Origin: Trypethelium eluteriae
Taxonomy: Eukaryota
Assembly (NCBI GenBank): GCA_051942245.1
Contig: JAVECL010000009.1
Span: 1-64,000 of the forward strand
Direction of reading: 5' to 3'
DNA: 64,000 nucleotides
A model generated the notes under the pieces. That model searched no databases. It was not told where the DNA came from and was given only the letters and a program-made list of their open reading frames with translations. This document shows positions 48,318 through 61,800 of this stretch, in pieces (the stretch's first letter is position 1; every line of letters starts with the position of its first letter). Made by a program: the position numbers and the translations under genes.

Positions 48318-49775
48318 TTATGACTCTGAAAGCTCGCCTGTTCTGCAAAAATCCAGTTTCTTCCTGGACATCAAGCAACTTTCAAGGCCAGACATTATCG
48401 ATTGCACTAGTGAGGCCGACACATAAGCCACACCAAGTTCTTGACTTGTGTACCAGCTAGCTCTGTCCATATTGCCGCTGCCAAATATCACTGTCGCCTC
48501 ATCCACAATTGTTAGTTTCAGATGGGTCTGTACAGGCTCTGGCCCGAGTTGAAGTCCATTGTCAGAGGAGCGTTTGATAAAGTACTCAATCTTAAGCGAA
48601 CCTATATGACTGTTCGATCCCTGTTCTTCATCCATCAGCCTCTTTTGCCTTTCCGTCAAAAGTGTTATGAACTGGCGTTTCAACTGCTTTAGACACCTTG
48701 TGGTTGATGTACCCGCCGTGATGAGTTGCTCTAAGATCATGAGTCGCTCACTAGTGATGATATGTACGTCGACTCCCCGTCCCAAAGCGGCCAGGAGCGC
48801 TTCAAGCACTGGCGGAGAGGTCACATTTGGTGTTTGCACGTAGATGCTCGACTTTGCATTGTTGAAAGCATGTAGCAAGAACACATTGAGCGGCGTTTGG
48901 GGTGGGCGAGCGGCAGACTGCCATGGGAAAGGTCGGAACTGTGGATTTGTACGATGAGAGGAGAGGAGAAAAGCAGACTGTATGCCCGACAAATTGATTT
49001 GGAACTTTTTGGAAGTGATGCTGGACATGTAAGCTTGTGACGATGGTGGCTGGAAACCTTTGGTATTGAATGCTGCAGGGACATCTCCCATCTCGTTTCT
49101 TGACTGCACGGCGAAATTATCTGAAGCTTTGTCGCTATGGCTTGCCCAGAAGTCTCGCCAAAATTCCAAGAAATGATTGACAATCGGTCCTGAAATCTGC
49201 AGGCATCCTTCAAACCAATTCTCCCAGCTGACATTGCAACTTGGGAGATACAGATATCTACGATCCACGATAACGAACTTAGGGTGCATGACACTGAAAG
49301 GGCGAATGAAAATACTCTTGATCTCAAGATCGAGACCATTGAGGTCTTCAGAGGGCGGCAGTCCAAACTTCTGCACCCATACCGACGAAGGATAGACGTG
49401 GCCTGCTGGTGATGACGTGTGAAACAGCTTCTGCAATAGGGACAGTGATGAGAGGCAGATGCGCACTTTTATCTTCGACCCACGTTGGATAGCCGCTGCG
49501 GATAGGTTCTTCAGACACGACGAGACCTGACTTAGCGAAGAACTCCCGGCCCAGAAACATGTTACGAATAGAACCTCATACTGAGCTTGGCCAATCGAGG
49601 GCAGGATCTCCTTGAAAATGCTATCGCCGGTACCTAGGACTAACGCATGTACTGTTGACAAGGTTTTGAGGCTAGACGAATCGAAGTGATCATGCATGTC
49701 GGAACCTCTGGTAATGCCACTTCCCTGAGGCTGTGCGATCCACTCATCAATGAGGCTCGGTCCGTAGGACGGCAT
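48318..49775 (-). CDS. Phospholipase D-superfamily protein with two HKD motifs
   Basis: HPKFVIVD...SCNVSW and HLKLTIVD...GSGNMDRASWYTSQE, plus IYVQTPN. Confidence 0.9.
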   Translation of the reverse strand: MPSYGPSLIDEWIAQPQGSGITRGSDMHDHFDSSSLKTLSTVHALVLGTGDSIFKEILPSIGQAQYEVLFVTCFWAGSSSLSQVSSCLKNLSAAAIQRGSKIKVRICLSSLSLLQKLFHTSSPAGHVYPSSVWVQKFGLPPSEDLNGLDLEIKSIFIRPFSVMHPKFVIVDRRYLYLPSCNVSWENWFEGCLQISGPIVNHFLEFWRDFWASHSDKASDNFAVQSRNEMGDVPAAFNTKGFQPPSSQAYMSSITSKKFQINLSGIQSAFLLSSHRTNPQFRPFPWQSAARPPQTPLNVFLLHAFNNAKSSIYVQTPNVTSPPVLEALLAALGRGVDVHIITSERLMILEQLITAGTSTTRCLKQLKRQFITLLTERQKRLMDEEQGSNSHIGSLKIEYFIKRSSDNGLQLGPEPVQTHLKLTIVDEATVIFGSGNMDRASWYTSQELGVAYVSASLVQSIMSGLESCLMSRKKLDFCRTGELSES

Positions 49776-50759
49776 AATGAGTCCATGCGAAGCCGACGGT
49801 TGTAATTTAGAAGCTATGAGATCGTGCGAGCCACGAACGAGAGGAAATTGTGGTGGTGTGGGGGAGAGCCTGCGGCGAAGATACAGTACCCTGAACTCCT
49901 TCCGTTCTGGGCATGCGCAGAAGTGTGGCGGTTCTTTTCAATCCTGACAACCTCAACGTCAGCAGTAATTAGGCCTGACCGCAAGCTCAACGATAATCTG
50001 GCGGGCTGAGAGGCAAATGCGCCACGGAGGTCATGAGAGAAGTAGGCAAATTCTGGAAGGATCGCGTATTCGACGATCACCCTGCAGTGTATCCGTACCC
50101 GTGGCTAGCTTCAACTGGGGATACGGTTGCACTCTGACGCCTATTTTTAGCCCCCATTTGGAGTTGCACCCAAAGAGTGGCCATCCTCACATTTGGGCTT
50201 ACCCGACAGTGAAAACCTCGGTGACCCTTAACCTCCTCCTCCTCTGCCTGTCTTCGCTTCCGTTTGCTCTCATTACCTGCATTACCTGCTACCATTCACT
50301 TGAGAACCACGACCCCTTTTTCCAAGTATCCCATACACTCACGCCTTCAGATCGCGACGCCAACAGTTCATCAAACCCGAGTGCTGACTAGGACAGCCCC
50401 TGCATCAAGTCACCGCGTTGCGGAGAATTGGCCCTTCAACACCCCACGACTCCCTGAGTGTTCCTCTTTGTACTCCGGGTGTACCTCTGTACCGGCTGCG
50501 CCACTCGGCGGCGTGTGCCGACGACGGGGGCTTTGTCTGAAACGCCATCACGGGCAGTGTCTGCGCATCTGACTCGCTCGTCTACAAGCCGCTATCCCTT
50601 TGTCGTCTCCTAGCAGCATCTGCCTCAGCTGCTCCCTGAGCGACTGCTCCTGTCATTATCTCTCTGTCTCGGAGACCATCAACCTTTCCGCTTTTTCTCT
50701 CTTCCCCCATCCAACTAAGATACACTCTTTGTCACACTTCGACGATCGCGTTTGTCCCC

Positions 50760-53700
50760 ATGGCTTTTCAGGGGTCAGGCGGAGGCTACGCCAACGATCA
50801 TAACATGAATGACCTTCCCCCGAACACGGTACGGCAAATCTTCTGCTCACCCCTTAACTGCCTCCTATGTTGGCAAAATGAACCCACGAATCTTGACTGA
50901 TCCTGAAAAACAGCAATACCATCACGGCAGCGGCTCTGATGAGGAGGAGGCTGAACGTTCGCTTCTTCATCCTAATCCTACCGGTGCTTTCCAAGGTCCC
51001 TTTGACGACACCCACCAACAGTCACGCAGTGGCACTCCCACTGGCCATGGCTATGATCTGAGAGAGTCTTACGCAGGAGACAACATGGGACACGCCCCGC
51101 CCTACAATGGTGGCTATCACGACGCCGACATGTATTCGGGCTCTACAATGGATGACCCCAGTACTACGTTTGGGGTTCCTGGAAGAGTACCATCACCATA
51201 CAATCGGAGCGAGACCAGCTCTACCGAAGCATGGCGACAGCGGCAGGTCCCTGGTGGCGGTGCTGCCAATGCTGGCCTCAAGCGGAACGCTACTCGTAAA
51301 CTCAAGCTTGTCCAAGGTGCTGTCCTAAGTGCAGACTACCCAGTCCCCAGTGCTATTCAGAATTCGGTCCAAGCAAAGTACAGAAACGACCTCGAGAGTG
51401 GGAGCGAAGAGTTCACTCATATGCGATGTAAAATGCCCAATTCTAACGTTGCTGCTATTCTGCTAACACCTGCCTACAGACACCGCGGCCACTTGCGACC
51501 CCAACGATTTCACGCTGAAGAATGGCTACAACCTTAGGCCTGCCATGTATAATCGGCATACTGAACTTCTGATTGCCATCACCTATTACAACGAAGACAA
51601 GGTTCTGACAGCTCGCACATTACATGGTGTCATGCAAAATGTCCGAGACATTGTGAACCTGAAGAAATCCGAGTTCTGGAATAAAGGTGGCCCCGCTTGG
51701 CAGAAGATCGTTGTCTGTTTGGTCTTCGACGGTATTGATCCTTGCGATAAGGGCACTCTTGATATACTTGCAACCATCGGCATCTATCAAGATGGTATCA
51801 TGAAGAGAGATATCGATGGAAAGGAGACTACTGCTCACATTGTACGTGTTGTCATTGGCCCTCACTTGAGTAGTACTAACACGAGACAGTTCGAATACAC
51901 CTCTCAACTCTCCGTCACGCCTAATCAACAGCTCATTCGACCTCACGATGATAGCTCCACTACTCTTCCGCCCGTCCAGTTCATATTCTGTCTGAAACAA
52001 AAGAACAGCAAGAAAATCAACTCTCATAGATGGCTCTTCACTGCTTTTGGTCGTATCTTGAACCCTGAAGTCTGCATCTTGCTCGATGCGGGCACCAAGC
52101 CAGGCCACAAATCTCTTCTTGCACTCTGGGAAGCTTTCTACAACGACAAGGACTTGGGTGGTGCTTGTGGTGAAATTCATGCCATGTTGGGTCCGTACGG
52201 CAAGAATCTCATCAATCCGATTGTGGCTGCGCAAAATTTCGAGTACAAGATCAGCAACATTCTCGACAAACCCCTCGAAAGTTCATTCGGTTACGTCAGT
52301 GTGCTTCCCGGTGCCTTCTCTGCCTACCGATTTCGTGCAATCATGGGACGGCCGTTGGATCAATACTTCCATGGCGACCACACCCTTTCCAAGATTCTAG
52401 GTAAGAAGGGTATCGAAGGCATGAACATTTTCAAGAAGAACATGTTTTTGGCCGAGGATCGTATCCTTTGTTTCGAACTTGTTGCCAAGGCGGGATCCAA
52501 ATGGCACCTCAGCTACGTCAAATCCTCCAAGGGAGAGACGGACGTACCCGAAGGTGCTGCTGAATTCATTGGGCAACGTAGGCGTTGGCTCAATGGTTCT
52601 TTTGCTGCCTCACTCTACGCCCTGATGCACTTTGGTCGAATGTACAAGAGTGGCCATAACCTTATCCGGATGTTTTTCTTTCATCTTCAATTAATATACA
52701 ACATTTCCCAACAAATACTGACCTGGTTTGCCCTCGGTAAGCATTTCTTCTAGCGGTCTTAATTTTTTAGCTGACGCATGCCATAGCTTCATACTGGCTC
52801 ACTACCTCGATTATCATGACTTTGGTTGGAACGCCTGTTCCAGCTGGCCCAGGTACCCCAGCAAAGGATGCCTGGCCTTTTGGTAATACTGTCACGCCAG
52901 TTCTCAATGCAGTGCTTGAATACGGGTATCTCGGTGTCCTCGGTCTTCAATTTATTCTTGCTCTTGGTAATCGGCCAAAAGGCTCGAGATGGTCCTACAT
53001 TATGTCATTCTGCTACTTCGCACTGGTCATGTTCTACCTCACTGTACTGTCCATCTACCTCGTCATTCACGGCCTTACTCATTCATCGCCTGACGGGAAT
53101 GGCAAGACGAATTCCTTCCCAACCACGCCAAGTGAATTCTTCCAGCCGGGGAGCAATGGTATCATCCTTGTCGCCGTCATTTCTACCTTTGGACTGTACT
53201 ACATTGCCTCATTCTTGTACCTTGATCCGTGGCATATGTTCCATTCTTTCCCACAATATTTACTATTGATGTCATCGTACATCAATATCATCAATGTCTA
53301 TGCCTATTGCAACTGGCACGACGTTTCGTGGGGTACAAAGGGTGCTGACAAGGCCGATGCTCTCCCATCAGCCAAAACTGAAAAGTCGGATGGAGGCAAA
53401 TCTACAATCATCGAGGAAGTCGACTTACCGCAGGCAGACATCGATAGCCAGTTCGAACAGACGGTGAAGCGTGCTCTCACTCCATATGTAGAGCCTACTG
53501 AGAACACCGCCAAGACACTTGAGGACTCCTATAAATCTTTCAGAACCCGGCTAATCTCGCTCTGGATTTTCTCGAACGCCTTGCTCGTCCTCCTCATTAC
53601 TAGTGAGAGCCTCAAGAAGTTCGAAGTGGATGTAAGTGTACAAGGTCTAAGTCGTTACAATGCGCAAGACGCTGACCAAGTGGTGTGCAGACCAATTCAT

Positions 53701-53828
53701 CTACGAGAACGGCTAACTACTTCTTCGCATTGCTTTTGGCGACGGCCTGTCTCTCCACCTTCCGCTTCCTCGGCTGTCTCTGGTTCCTGGGTAAATCAGG
53801 AATCATGTGCTGCTTTGCGAGGAGATAG
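50760..53828 (+). CDS. Class III chitin synthase (chsB/chs-1 type), 6 exons
   Basis: [57 protein letters not shown] and HDVSWGTKG. The spliced C-terminus IMCCFARR* is typical of class III. Confidence 0.96.
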
Positions 53829-54569
53829 ACAAAATAGGAGAGCAGTCGGTGGAGCACGTTGTATACTGTTCGAAACACCCAACTGGGGTGATTCTCGAAC
53901 GCACGGCTGTTGGCGTCTGGATAAAGGTTGGATGTCATCAAGGGGTTTGATACCTCTGGAAACTATCATATTAAGGCCCATGTGTCTCGATCACTCGGCC
54001 GTTCATCTGTGTGGGTTCTATGGCGATAGTATGGATGCTCTTAATGTACTCTCGAAAATTGTAGCATCAGCATTGAGTAAATACACAAGGATAATTCATG
54101 TTCTTGGATCTCCCAAGTGAGCCATGTATAAGAATGGTGAAATTGAGACAACAGCCAGCAATGCCGGAAGACTTCGCGCATTCACTTCATAACCCTACCT
54201 AGTCTATGACATACCTGATTGCCTTGGCTTGGATGTAAGATATGGAAGAACTACTTGGATCCCTACCACGGTCCCCAAGTCAAGGTAGTAATCGTGGGGC
54301 GGTCGAACCTTAGTAACCCCCACAACATCACAGCATACTACAGTCCGCCGCATTCTCGCCGAACAGCAACCCACTTCTCACCTTTCTCACCTGCTACTCT
54401 CCAACATCCCCAGGCCCAACTGGATTTTAGGTTCTTTGCGACGCTGTTGATACATCAAAGCCTTCCTGAGGACTTCTGACCATTCGACGGATCTCCTCGC
54501 CCACATTCACTGAGGCGCCATCTCCTCACTTTCTCCCCTAAGCGCTTCTTCCTCGTCAACACCGTCAAG

Positions 54570-55267
54570 ATGATGAAAATATGGTCCATGGTATGTACGA
54601 GATGTTGCTTCATGTCTATTCTATAACAGCTGCTAGTCTCATAGGTGAGTGCATTTGCTAACGCGACTTGCAGAAGCAAAAGCAGCAGCAGGCTGAAGCC
54701 GCAACTGCAGGCACAAAGAAAAAGAAGGTAACAGCTGCACAGTTGCGAGTACAGAAAGGTTCGGGATCTCCTTAGTCTTCCTGATCTTCTGGTCTTTGCC
54801 GAAGTGCTAACGCATGGTCTTCAGATCTCTCAGAGCTCTCTCTCGGCAGCACGATGCGCACTACCTTCCCAAACCCAGACGACATTCTCAATTTCACCCT
54901 CACTATTGAACCTGACGAGGGCATGTATCGCGGTGGCTCCTTCCATTTCTCCTTTGTCATCAACCAAAACTTTCCGCACGATCCACCAAAGGTGAAGTGC
55001 ACGCAGAAGATTTATCACCCGAACATCGACCTTGAGGGCAACGTATGTTTAAATATCCTTCGCGAGGACTGGAAGCCGGTGCTGAACCTCAATGCCGTGA
55101 TCGTTGGATTGCAGTTCCTCTTCCTCGAGCCAAACGCTAGTGATCCATTGAACAAGGAGGCAGCAGAAGATCTGAAGACGAATCGGGAAGGGTTCAAGAG
55201 GAATGTGAGGAGTAGTATGGGTGGAGGGAACGTGAAGAGCCAGACATATGATAGGGTTCTGAAATGA
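54570..55267 (+). CDS. UBC12: NEDD8-conjugating E2 enzyme, 3 exons
   Basis: N-terminal MMKIWSM/KQKQQQ...[15 protein letters not shown] extension and [24 protein letters not shown]. Confidence 0.96.
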
Positions 55268-57213
55268 AAGTGAAGCACCGAAGAAAGGAAGTTAGCGCCG
55301 TGAAAGGAGCACGTTACGAGACAAGAGGTATAATGAATATGTGCATAGGGACAATTACGCATACTGGCTATCGGCGTTTTGGCTTAGAAGCGGATGCCTG
55401 GATTTGATATATCTGGAGGCTCGCAGATAGACTATTTACAGACCAAATCAATTGCCCAAATACCCGAGCTTAACAACCCTATGGCTAGACTATACGAGAG
55501 AAGAAGACATAGTCACTTCTCTCATGGCCGCGGGCGATGAGACAGTTCTCAAGCACTAGTACCGGCAAGACTATGAAAGACGCTTAAATGAGGCAGGGAT
55601 ACCTATGAGATGATGTGAAGCATGAGAACTCATCCGAAGCAAATGTTGAGCTCAACCTATCAAAAGCGATAGGCCTGCCAAACTGATTGTCACTCTCAGA
55701 TAGAGATAGGTGATCAAGAGAAGCCCATTCGAAAAGTACATCACCATTCGCGATTTTGATATTTTGGAAGACCGGCAGCACTACCCGACCGACATATTGG
55801 TTCTCCACACTGGAGGCACCGAGGTCGTACTTGGTTGGCATGAAAATTGTCATCAAGGCAGTTACATCAAGAAGGACGGTAAAGCCGTGCATATCATACG
55901 TCCGTTTCCAGCCGAGACCGTAGCAATACTCGAGTACTCGCTCCCTACGATCACTCGATAGCCTCTACTTTCACTCGGCACGTCGATGACTTACCTGCCC
56001 ATATGAGAGAGCGAACTCACCCTTATGCTAATCTCTCTCTGCCTTGCTTGCGGTATCCACTGAAGACATGAAGACAGGATTTCGTTGTGATCGTATGTAA
56101 AGGGGCCGTTTTATATGGCGCTCGTGAGGTAGAGTTAAAAGATGTCTAGCGTGAGTTCATTGCCCAAGGAACTCACTGGGTTGAGGTCACCCTAGAACTG
56201 TAACGGCAAAGGCGCCATAGGCATATGACTCTGCCCTCATCGTAAATGCTAAACACATTTTTCAGGAGGTCGCACTTCAAGTTTCTATAATGAGGAAGTA
56301 TTAGCCCGAGACCTTGATCTTGGACTTAGTTGAGAACAAGAGCAATCGATGTTTTCGTACCGAGTGATACGTCATGCTGGAATTCAACTTCCCGTAGGTG
56401 GGATCAGGATGTGAGGTTAGAATCGGAGTATCGACAGCCACTGCAGCGAAAGCTATAGTTGTCGACAGTATTACCCAACTAGGTAGATATCCCAGAGAGT
56501 GACGGCGGCAGAATAAGATAAAGCAGGAGGGGAAACGAACGACACTTCGCGAATAATGGAAGAGGAGACGTATTAAGCTAAAAGAAGCATTGGATACAGA
56601 ACAGGTAAGAAGCACACAGGATCCATTAGGTCGACTACAGAAGCGGAGGTGAAATATACTTCTTACATGTACCTAATTGCCTGAGCTGCCATCGTGCAAT
56701 CTAGACCATGAGTCTTTAGATGTTAAAACTTGGAACATGATCATTTCTCGCGCATGATGTGGAAAGTAATCTTAAAGGAATAGAAGTATACCCTAGTACG
56801 TCAAGAATACTTCGAGCAGTACTCCGTATTAGAACGATTCCGGACTAGGCGTGCTTTAGGGAGAAGCTTTGTAGAATCTTCGGCCCGTTTCAGCCATGGC
56901 ATTCTCAATGTTTTTTTCTTTTTGGCGGAGTTGTTTGTAGCCGTATATCGAGCGGCCACTTCTCTGCAATTATCTGAGGTGAATTGAGAGCTCAAATTTC
57001 CACTTGATATGGCGAAAAGCTGTAGATACCTGAGGTAAAAACTTTCCTGGCGGGGAAGAGTGGCTGTCAACCCTCCCACTTCTATCGTATCTTAGAATAT
57101 AAAAGGTACCTTCCTTTTATTTCTTCGCCTCTCAAAAAATCTCTACCCTCTTGTCAGCCTGCGCGCATTGCCATTCTCTCCTACAGCATCGCGAGCACTG
57201 TAGTGTTTTCTTC

Positions 57214-57223
57214 TGAAAATTTT
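57214..57223 (+). promoter_or_regulatory. RRPE-like motif TGAAAATTTT just upstream of RRP4
   Basis: Match to the ribosomal RNA processing element consensus, ending 15 nt upstream of the ATG of an rRNA-processing gene. Confidence 0.3.
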
Positions 57224-57237
57224 ACGAGTGCTTTACA

Positions 57238-58457
57238 ATGCCTATTTCAATCCATCCGCCAGCCCCTGCAGCGTCGATACCGCAGCATGATTTTGGCGCA
57301 GATGACGAGGAGGACAAATTTGATCTTGAGGGCGACGTCAACATGACAGATGCGCGCTCTAGACGGCGTGGAAAGCCCGTCATTACACCCGGAGAAATAA
57401 TAACGGATGATCCACAATGGATGAGGTAGGTACGTCTACGGCATGCCCTTTTTACCTCCTGCTTCCACGAGGAATTACGAAAGCGTCCTTAAATCTTCCT
57501 CGTAAAATGCTAAACTTTGCCCCATTCAGAGGCCATGGTACTACTACAGCCGGCTCCACCCAGCCTCCAACCATTTCTTCTACGCTCTTCGGCACGCTGT
57601 CCCGCACCAACAAGCTCCTTTCGATCGTGCCCATACGCACTCGCTATACGCCCTCCATCGGCGACCTGATTGTGGGTCGCATCGCAACTGTCAGTGCGAC
57701 AGGAAAGCGGTGGCACGTCGACATAGGCGCGCCCCTGCTTGCCTCGCTACCCTTGTCTTCCATCAACCTTCCCGGTGGGGTCCTACGAAAACGCACCGCC
57801 GTCGACGAGCTGAATGTGCGACAATATTTCGTAGAAGGGGAGCTGCTGGTTGCTGAAGTGCAGGCGCTATTTCAGGATGGTGCGGCAGCGCTACATACAC
57901 GGAGTCTTAGATATGGAAAGCTGCGGAATGGGTTCTTCCTATCTGTCACAGGTGCTGGTGGAGAGGGCTCCGGATCAGCGGCTTCAACCAAAGGCGTTGG
58001 AAATGCAAGAGGGGCCGGAGGCGGTGTAGCGCGGAGCCGACGCCAGATGTTCACCATGCAAGGAACACACGGTGCGGGACAGATAGATGTGGTGATGGGG
58101 GTGAATGGATACATCTGGATTGCAAAGCATGTTGAGCCCCCTACCTCCGACACAAGGGGAGCAAGCATTACGAGTATGGAGGAGAGCGTGAGCGCAAGTA
58201 TCTACTCGAGTCAAAACGATGAGGTAGGGCCGGCTACTCGGAGGGAGATTGCGAGAGTAGCAAGCTGCATTAAGGCACTTGTGCAGTGGGGCGTGAAAGT
58301 GGATGAAGAAGTGCTGGCAAAGGCGTATGAAGCCGCTATAGAGATTGAAGTTGAGGCTAAAGGCGTGCAAGGGGATGAAACAGGGCGTGCTGAGGCTTAC
58401 CTAGCAGGCGAAAGTGGACGTAGAGTTGTAGAATTGGCATTGAGCGAACTGGGGTGA
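57238..58457 (+). CDS. RRP4: RNA exosome cap subunit Rrp4, 2 exons
   Basis: [62 protein letters not shown] and GVNGYIWI. Confidence 0.95.
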
Positions 58458-58871
58458 ATAGATGTAATGAGACTAAAAAGCTCTCTAGAAATAGTCCATA
58501 CTGATAAGCAGAAGGCTACGATTGATCGAGCTGTGTTCTGAATATGAAATGACTGTATTTCAATGCCAATAGAGATGATCGCAAGACTGGGGATGTTCCT
58601 TGCAATGGCCTCTACATACAGCGTAGATGTAGTCTTGATAACACCAGCAAATGCAATCCTCTTGATAGTGTACACAAGCGCTTAGTCTCGCGCAATCTGT
58701 GCTCCGCGCGAACATGCCGCTGCTGAGCCGTAAGGTGCCGTGTAAAACAATCATTTCTGCCCCCACCGCGCCTATAGCATGCAAACATGGAAGAAAAGTC
58801 AGCATGCGGTCAAGCATCACACGCACGACGAAAAGTATGGCAGACTCCGGCGTGCAGGCGCTGCTGTGTGC

Positions 58872-61800
58872 CTATTCATGCACGTACGTGCATTGAGCAC
58901 CCTTCATGCATTTTCCTTCGCGGAAGAACTTGCAAGGGAGCGTGAATTTCTTCTGTGGAAAAGGTTTCCGTTAGCTAGTTCCATCAATGGATGTTGTGGA
59001 GTATTAGTGCGACTTACATCCACAAATGGGTACTTGCGTTTTTTGGTGCCACTCCCTTGGCTGCCCTGACCTCCGAAATTTCCCTGATTCGCATCCTGAT
59101 CTTCTCGCCATCTCTTCCGTTCCGGATCCTCAAATGGTCCAGTGCGTGGCAGAGCTGCTCCATGTTGCCCGGGCATGACAATGCCTGGACCGGAGTTTGA
59201 GACAGAAGGCTGTTGAAGTTGCTGCAGAAGAGCAGCCAGATTAGGCTGGGCCGCTTGTTGTCCCTGCTGAAGCGGTTGCTGAGCAGGAGCCTGGCTCTGC
59301 ATGCTTGCTAAGATAGCCTGGAGTTGAGGATTAACGACCTGTTGCTGTGGTTGGACAGGTGGTTGCATCTGTGCCTGTTGAGGTTGTGGTTGCTGCGCCG
59401 GGTTAGCGAATTTGGCAAAGATGCCCTCTAATGCGCTAGTTGATGAAGTGCCTGCATCCTGCTTCTGTTGCTGTGGGGGACCTTGAGGCTGCAGCTGGGG
59501 ATGAACTCCACCAAGAGCTTTGAGGAGAGCAGAGACATCAGGGACATGAGAAGATGTTGGTGCTTGAGTAGCTGCGCTTCTTGCTGCTTCTGCGCGTTGA
59601 AGCACCTGCGACGGAGGCTGCCCGAAGGTGACAGTCATTGGCACTTCACCTGTGTACGGATCTAAAGGCTCGCGAGGATTTGGTGGAATGTCCATGCGAT
59701 CAGTATAAAATACCATCAGCGTATTCCTCTCGTGTTCCTCTTGGAGTTTGGACTCGGGGCTCTCGGGAATCAGCTCGCCTCCTCCGTATGGCGCATAATT
59801 GCGCTCTCGCTCTGATTTTTCGATGTCGCAAAAGTCGATATAGGATGGTTCGCAGAATTCAACGAGAGATACTTCACCTAGTTGTGGGGTATAATCGTCA
59901 TCATCTTCATCCTCCACGGTATCAATATGTTGCTTGAACATCTGTCCTTCACCCTTTATGTCGTCCACGTCACGGACATTGTTGTCCCGGTCAATAAGTT
60001 CCTCATCCTGTCTCTCGAAGACTCGTACTTCTACAAGCGAAGCCTCGGGTTTAAAAGTGACACGTAACTTTCTACGCTCTTCCTTTCTTAAGCGTTTCGC
60101 TCTCTCTTCGGGACTTTCCGGCGGCGTGTTAAGTTTTGGTTTTGCCGTAGGCTCTGGCTCCTTTGCTTTATTCAAGTTCGCCATTGTTTCGGCGAAGGAC
60201 CAGGCCGGTCTAGTAGTAGCGACTGGTGTGCTCGATACAGTCGCTTTCTTTTCTGAAGCATTCTTATCTTTCTCTACCATTGAGATGGTGGAAGCTTTCC
60301 CAGTACCAGGTCGTTTGGCTGCGGACTGCAAGCTTGAGAAGAAGCTGGACGGTTTGGCCTGAACTTGTTGTCCTTTGGCTTTGGGTATCACTGCGCTTGA
60401 AGGAGCCATTTTGGTATCCGTACTAGTAATTGACGTTGCTCGCTTAACAGGCGCCGTGGTCGGCTTAGTAGAGCCTGATGATGATGATGATGATGATGAC
60501 GGACTGCTAGCATTGAGTTTCTTCGTAGGTTGCACGTTAGGGTTGGCACCCTCTCTCTGGCGCTTCATCCCAGTGATCGGCTCCGGCTTCGTTTTGACAT
60601 CAGGAGTAGGATCGATCTTCATGACCTCCTTGGTCGCATTCTTGACGGCCTTCTCTTTTGCAACGGCTTCGCCTTTTGTCTTTGAGAGCTTTTCGGCCTC
60701 AGCAATAACTTTCTTTGCCAGACCTGCAGTCCACTCTTTGCCTCGCTTTTCGAATCTCGGCAATACCTTGACAAGATGAGTTTTCTCAAGCGCTTCATTC
60801 GTAATGGTGGTACATCGTGCAAGTAGCTGTGATAAGTTTAGCCACATCTGATTTAGTGCCTGTGTTAAAAAGCTGACATACCTCAAGGAACCCTCGTGAA
60901 AGCGGGCCGTCAAAATCCTTTTCGCTAAATCGATCGAGCAGAAACTGGTAAGATAGAAAAAGGAAGGAGGCATTTTCACCGAATCTGGATCATCATTAGA
61001 TAAGCTCACATCTTATAGCGAAGCAATTGAATGTGCTGGAGTCAAACTGATCGCCCTGTTTGCGCTGAGAGAGGGGAAGTGTTTTCACGATAAAATCGTT
61101 GTAGTTATCTATGCGATTTAAGACCCTCAGATGCTCATGACTGAGTCCTACGTGCACAGCAAGCTACAATTCCCGAGACAGACTGGGACTATCATGAGGC
61201 AGATGCGGCTGGTTCAACCATTTATTCTGGAACACCACATGACTTTGAGTGCAGCTTGGACATGGACCAAGAGGATAGGGCCAATCAGCCTCGAAGTTCT
61301 ACCCCGGGTGGCGAACCACGGTGTTGGGTGCAATGATGGAAAAGGAAAGGAAGACAGCGTAAGAACAACTTACAAGGCAAGCACATCTTGGTGACCAAAC
61401 TCTAGCGCCGCATTAATAGAGGCTTGCATCATGTCTCGTTGGCTGTTGACCCGGTCTTTGAGCAAGGGCAGTTCACTACTTTTCTTTGCTTCTTCAGCTT
61501 GCTTCAAGGCATTCCCATCACTCTTCCATCGATCTCGGATGGTTCGCACAACCTCCCAAAAGCTCTTCAGAGCATTTCGAATTTCGTCTGGATCGGCCGG
61601 TCGATTAGGAGAAGCCCACACGGCTTTGATTGTGTCATAACGAACAGCTTCGAGCGGTGCAGCTGGTCGCTTGTCAGGCAATGGGGGTGGGTCTGCAACT
61701 TCCAGGTCCGAGTCGGAAAAGTCGGAATCAGATTCCTCGCTTGAAGTGTCTGATTCAGTTGCAGATTGGCTAATTTCTGGCTTGATACGGCCGGCTTGAT

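Noticed and set aside
44158..53828. Claudin-like, phosphoesterase, DUF218, PLD and chitin synthase genes as a functional membrane/cell-wall cluster
   Set aside because: Mixed orientations, no shared motif seen and no pathway link. Adjacency alone is insufficient in fungi.
54591..54673. Internal CATAG|GTGAGT in UBC12 intron 1 suggesting recursive splicing or a stwintron
   Set aside because: The downstream piece would be only 29 nt, too short for a spliceosomal intron.
55584..56615. Short ORFs between UBC12 and RRP4
   Set aside because: No start context, family motif or coherent exon chain.
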